From the NCBI RefSeq assembly GCF_009914755.1, contig NC_060930.1: 64,000 nt of DNA; one strand, 5' to 3'. Shown in pieces: positions 60,656-64,000 of this stretch. The notes beneath the pieces are model-generated. The model ran no database searches and was not told where the DNA came from. It saw nothing but the letters and a program-made list of their open reading frames with translations. How positions within the stretch are numbered: position 1 is the stretch's first letter; every line of letters begins with the position of its first letter. A program made the position numbers and the translations under genes. This stretch comes from the human T2T-CHM13v2.0 reference genome, Homo sapiens.

Positions 60656-61584
60656 AAACCCTTCCAACAGGGGAGTGCTTATGATAGCTATTGATTTGTA
60701 TTGTTTTGTTCAAATGACATTTTGAATTCTAAGATGACCAAGATTAAAATTTTGAAATTCTTTTTTATTCTTTTGTTTCCTTCTTTATGTGATTTGTGTG
60801 AAGAAGTTGTTCATTAGAATCACCCTCCAGGGCCTGCACTATTTCTAACTCTTGTTCTTTAGGCCAGTCCAGGGTTCAAGAAGCAGGCTGAAGGTGCTCA
60901 TAAACCTGAGTGATACTGCTGGCCAATGAATGTGAGGCTAATTACCTCATGCGCCTGATACTTTCCTAAATTGGTCTTGTGGAAGAACATAGGTTTAGAG
61001 TGGAAAGACATTTTCTCTAAGCTCTTATGAAATGCAATGAAACTAGAGAGTAAATTTACCTACATTTGTTTATCTGACAACATCAACAGGCTAAATATCT
61101 GGATATCTTAAATCTCAGATGAGCGTCTTAGCCTCTGGATTACTGCTCAATGAGGAAAGCTATGAAATGCATGGATAACTTGCTAATCAGTATTTGCCAT
61201 ATGTGCTAGCAGCATCAGCATCAGTTGGGAGATTATGGTGGCCTCCATGTCAGACCTCCTAAATCGGAATATCAGAGAAGGTGGCCCAGGTAAGTGTGCT
61301 TTACTAAGTTCTTCAGAAGATTCTTAAAGACAATGAAGTTTGAGAAGCACTATCTTAGGGTACATAAGCATGAAGCTAGACTGGCGGAGCTCTGTCATTG
61401 ACTAACTGTATGATGGTGAGAAAGTTGCTTATCTCCTCTGAGCTTCTATTTCTTTTTCTGTATCATACGTTTGTTGTGAAGATCCAACTTTTAGTATATT
61501 GCAAGTGCGTGGAACTTTACAAAAACTCAGTAGACATTATTACTATTATTGCCAATATTGATGTTGCTGTTTTTTAGGTCTTAC

Positions 61585-61706
61585 CATCTGCAGCATGTTG
61601 CTGGCTGGTGAAATGACGCCTCTCCTGAGGGTGTTATATGCGTTAACAATTTATTCTTGTACAGCTGGTGATTCAATGTTTGTTATTTAAGTGGTAAAAT
61701 TGTTCA
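61585..61706 (-). pseudogene. CRISP-like pseudo-exon 3
   Basis: ESPAVQE*IVNAYNTLRRGVISPASNMLQM followed by GTAAG (phase 0). TAA stop at 61651-61653. The 5' part and acceptor (AG at 61707-61708) are decayed, so that boundary is approximate. Confidence 0.9.
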
Positions 61707-62331
61707 CTACATTTATTAAATATTTAAATGGTAAATAATGTAACTGCAAATAAACAATAGATAAAACCTAAAAATGCTGCATAACAAGGCACCAGTTGAG
61801 ATTGCTTTTAACAATTTTAGAATCCATAGTAGTAAATATACTGTAAATGTATGTGCAGGTATATAGTTTTCCATAGCTATACCTTATTTAAGTTATAAAC
61901 ATGTATATTTTGCATAAATTCCTTATATATGGTTTTTAAAAACAAATTGATGAGAGGGCACAGAGTTGGTGCTCATTACGTCTAACCTCAGAAGCAGGAG
62001 ACAGATTAGTTTACTTAGTCTGTTCCATTTTTAGAAGCAATGATTTTTTTTGAAAAGGTTTAAATCATCAAGTTTCAGCTAAATTTTTAGAGTGATCCAG
62101 ATAAAGGGAGACAAAGGAGGATGAAGGCTCATGCAATCAGCTGACATTTTTCTTAGGCTGATTTATTTAACATGTAGTTCAGCCTCCACAGTATTCTATT
62201 TCTTTCAAGGTGATTTACAGAATAATTGTGTGTTTTACAATTAATGGCATCTTCTATTAATGAAATACTTTAATATATTGATTGTCATTCCTAGGTTACC
62301 ATGCTTCATCTGCCAATGCATTGAAAACTTG

Positions 62332-62960
62332 GAATGTAAATTAATTCAACCATTGTGGAAGATGGTGTAGTGATTCCTCAAAGACCTAGAAGCAGAAATA
62401 TCATTTGATCCAGAAATCCCATTACTGTGTATACACCCAAAGGAATATAAACCATTCTATTACAAAGATACATGCGTGCGTATGTTCATTGCAGCATTAT
62501 TCACAATAGTAAAGACATAGAGTCAACCCAAATGCCCATCAAAGACAAAGAATATGTGGTACATATACACCATGGAATACCATGCACCCATAAAAAGGAA
62601 CAAGATCACATTTTTTGTAGGGACATGGATGGAGCTGGAAGGCATTGTCCTCAGCAAAATAACATAGGAACAGAAAACCAAACACCCCATGTCCTCACTT
62701 ATAAGTGGGAGGTAAACAATGAGAACACATGGACACAGGGAGAGGAACAACACACATTGGGGCCTGTTGGAGGGTGGGGTGGGGGAGAGAGAGCATTAGG
62801 AAAAGTAGCTAACTCATGCTGGGCTCAATGCGTAGGTGATGGGTTGATAGGTGCAGCAAACCACCATGGCACATGGTTACCTATGTAACAAGCCTGCACA
62901 TCCTGCACATGTACCCCAGAACTTAAAATAAAAATAAAAATTTAAAAAAACTCAAGAAAA
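62332..62960 (+). mobile_element. L1PA10/11-like 3' end
   Basis: gagagcattaggaaaagtagctaa...gggttgataggtgcagcaaaccaccatggc...ccagaacttaaaataaaa. Confidence 0.85.
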
Positions 62961-63138
62961 AGAAAATTTGATTTCTCATTGTAATATTGAAAATATAAGT
63001 TAATAGATGGTAAATTGCAGGATATTTACATCATTAGAAGCAAGTTTCGTGACCGATAAATGTTTGTATGGGACAAAATTCTAACCAGCCTATGGAGGTT
63101 GAGGAGACTTCCCTGCTATTTTCACTAATTTTACCCAG

Positions 63139-64000
63139 CTTGTCTTTCACAAGTATGAATCTTGATGACACCATATGACCCCACATCTAGGTCAACCTGA
63201 AATGTGTGTTTTATTGAAGCAAGTTTTTGCCTATGTTTACTGTAGAGATAATTTTATATCCTCCTATATCCTGCTGTTGCTCTTGGGCAGTTTTCCCAGG
63301 TTTTGTGGGTGAAGATGTCCTCTGACTGATTTTCTGGCAATCCTTTGATGGCTGCTAGCTTAGGCCAACTTCCCTAGAGTGATGATTAAACTAAAGGTAA
63401 GAAGATATCAATACAGACTGTTAAAGTCAAGAGAGTGCATTTTGAAATCAACTTTGAAATATGAGACAACCAATAATCTATTATTTATTCTATTAATAAG
63501 ATGTTGAGAATTTAATCAAATTCAATTCACCTTTCTCTTGAAAATATACGTAAAATATACATTTTACTAGGCTTGTGCAGAGACAAGATGCAAAGATACG
63601 CAATCATTTATATTTCTATAAGCGAATTTAATCACCTGTTTCATGAACAAAATGATGAATTATTCACTCATTTGATATTAACATACACATTTTATGAAGT
63701 AATGGTCTTCATTTTGAAACAACCCATGAACTACAAAGTTTGTATTGTAAAAAATTTCCATGAACTTTTAGGATTGTTCTTAAAGGTAAAAAAGTGTCAG
63801 TGCAATTCTATTTACTCTGCAGAGTAAATAGAACTCTACAGTGCATTGCACTCTACAGTGCAATGCAGAACAACTTTTTTTTTAAATTAAGAGATTCTTA
63901 TTCTATCACTTTGTGGAAAGATAAGTAATGCATACATTTTAACATACCTCTTTATCTATTATTATATTGGTTTCTACATCTATCTAGCTATTCTCTTCTC
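63139..64000 (+). repeat. Paralogous non-coding module, copy C (presumptive intron 2 of the CRISP pseudogene)
   Basis: cttgtctttca, ctcttgggcagttttcccaggtttt and ttcaattcacctttc anchors shared with copy A. Confidence 0.75.

Larger units (their letters stand above)
56015..61706 (-). pseudogene. Unprocessed CRISP1/CRISP4-like (CAP superfamily) pseudogene, exons 3-5
   Basis: Three co-linear exons translate to ...VQE*IVNAYNTLRRGVISPASNMLQM | NWSKDAAQKAKMMSKQCKLIQIKEQEWKIA | NSKCQGNIQLSSYPVS*SNVIEGWYNESKNFQRREWTFLDKDIAANPYKK, with CRISP-type splice phases, nonsense codons and a GC donor. Confidence 0.9.

Overview
AT-rich, repeat-dense primate genomic DNA, almost certainly human. The only intact host gene is the intronless testis retrogene PGK2 (27901-29154, minus). 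Established synteny places it on 6p12.3 inside the CRISP cluster, between CRISP3 and CRISP1; neither of those genes lies in this window. The main unexplained signal is an unprocessed CRISP1/CRISP4-like pseudogene on the minus strand, missed by the ORF track. It has three decayed CAP-domain exons (61585-~61706, 58683-58773, 56015-56163), two of them exactly 91 and 149 bp in the expected phases. A roughly 2 kb non-coding module in its presumptive intron 2 recurs twice more (32.5-40.6 kb and 43.9-45.6 kb), suggesting fossil tandem CRISP duplicates around PGK2. Mobile elements include: a full-length L1PA3 lacking the 129-bp ZNF93 site (intact ORF1, four ORF2 frameshifts, a 155-aa extended ORF0); a twin-primed L1PA2; a Tigger1 carrying nested L1/Alu/THE1 insertions; and many older LTR, DNA and SINE relics. 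Several local template-switch scars are also visible. Repeat subfamily names and comparisons with PGK1, CRISP1 and L1HS come from recalled consensus sequences, not database searches.
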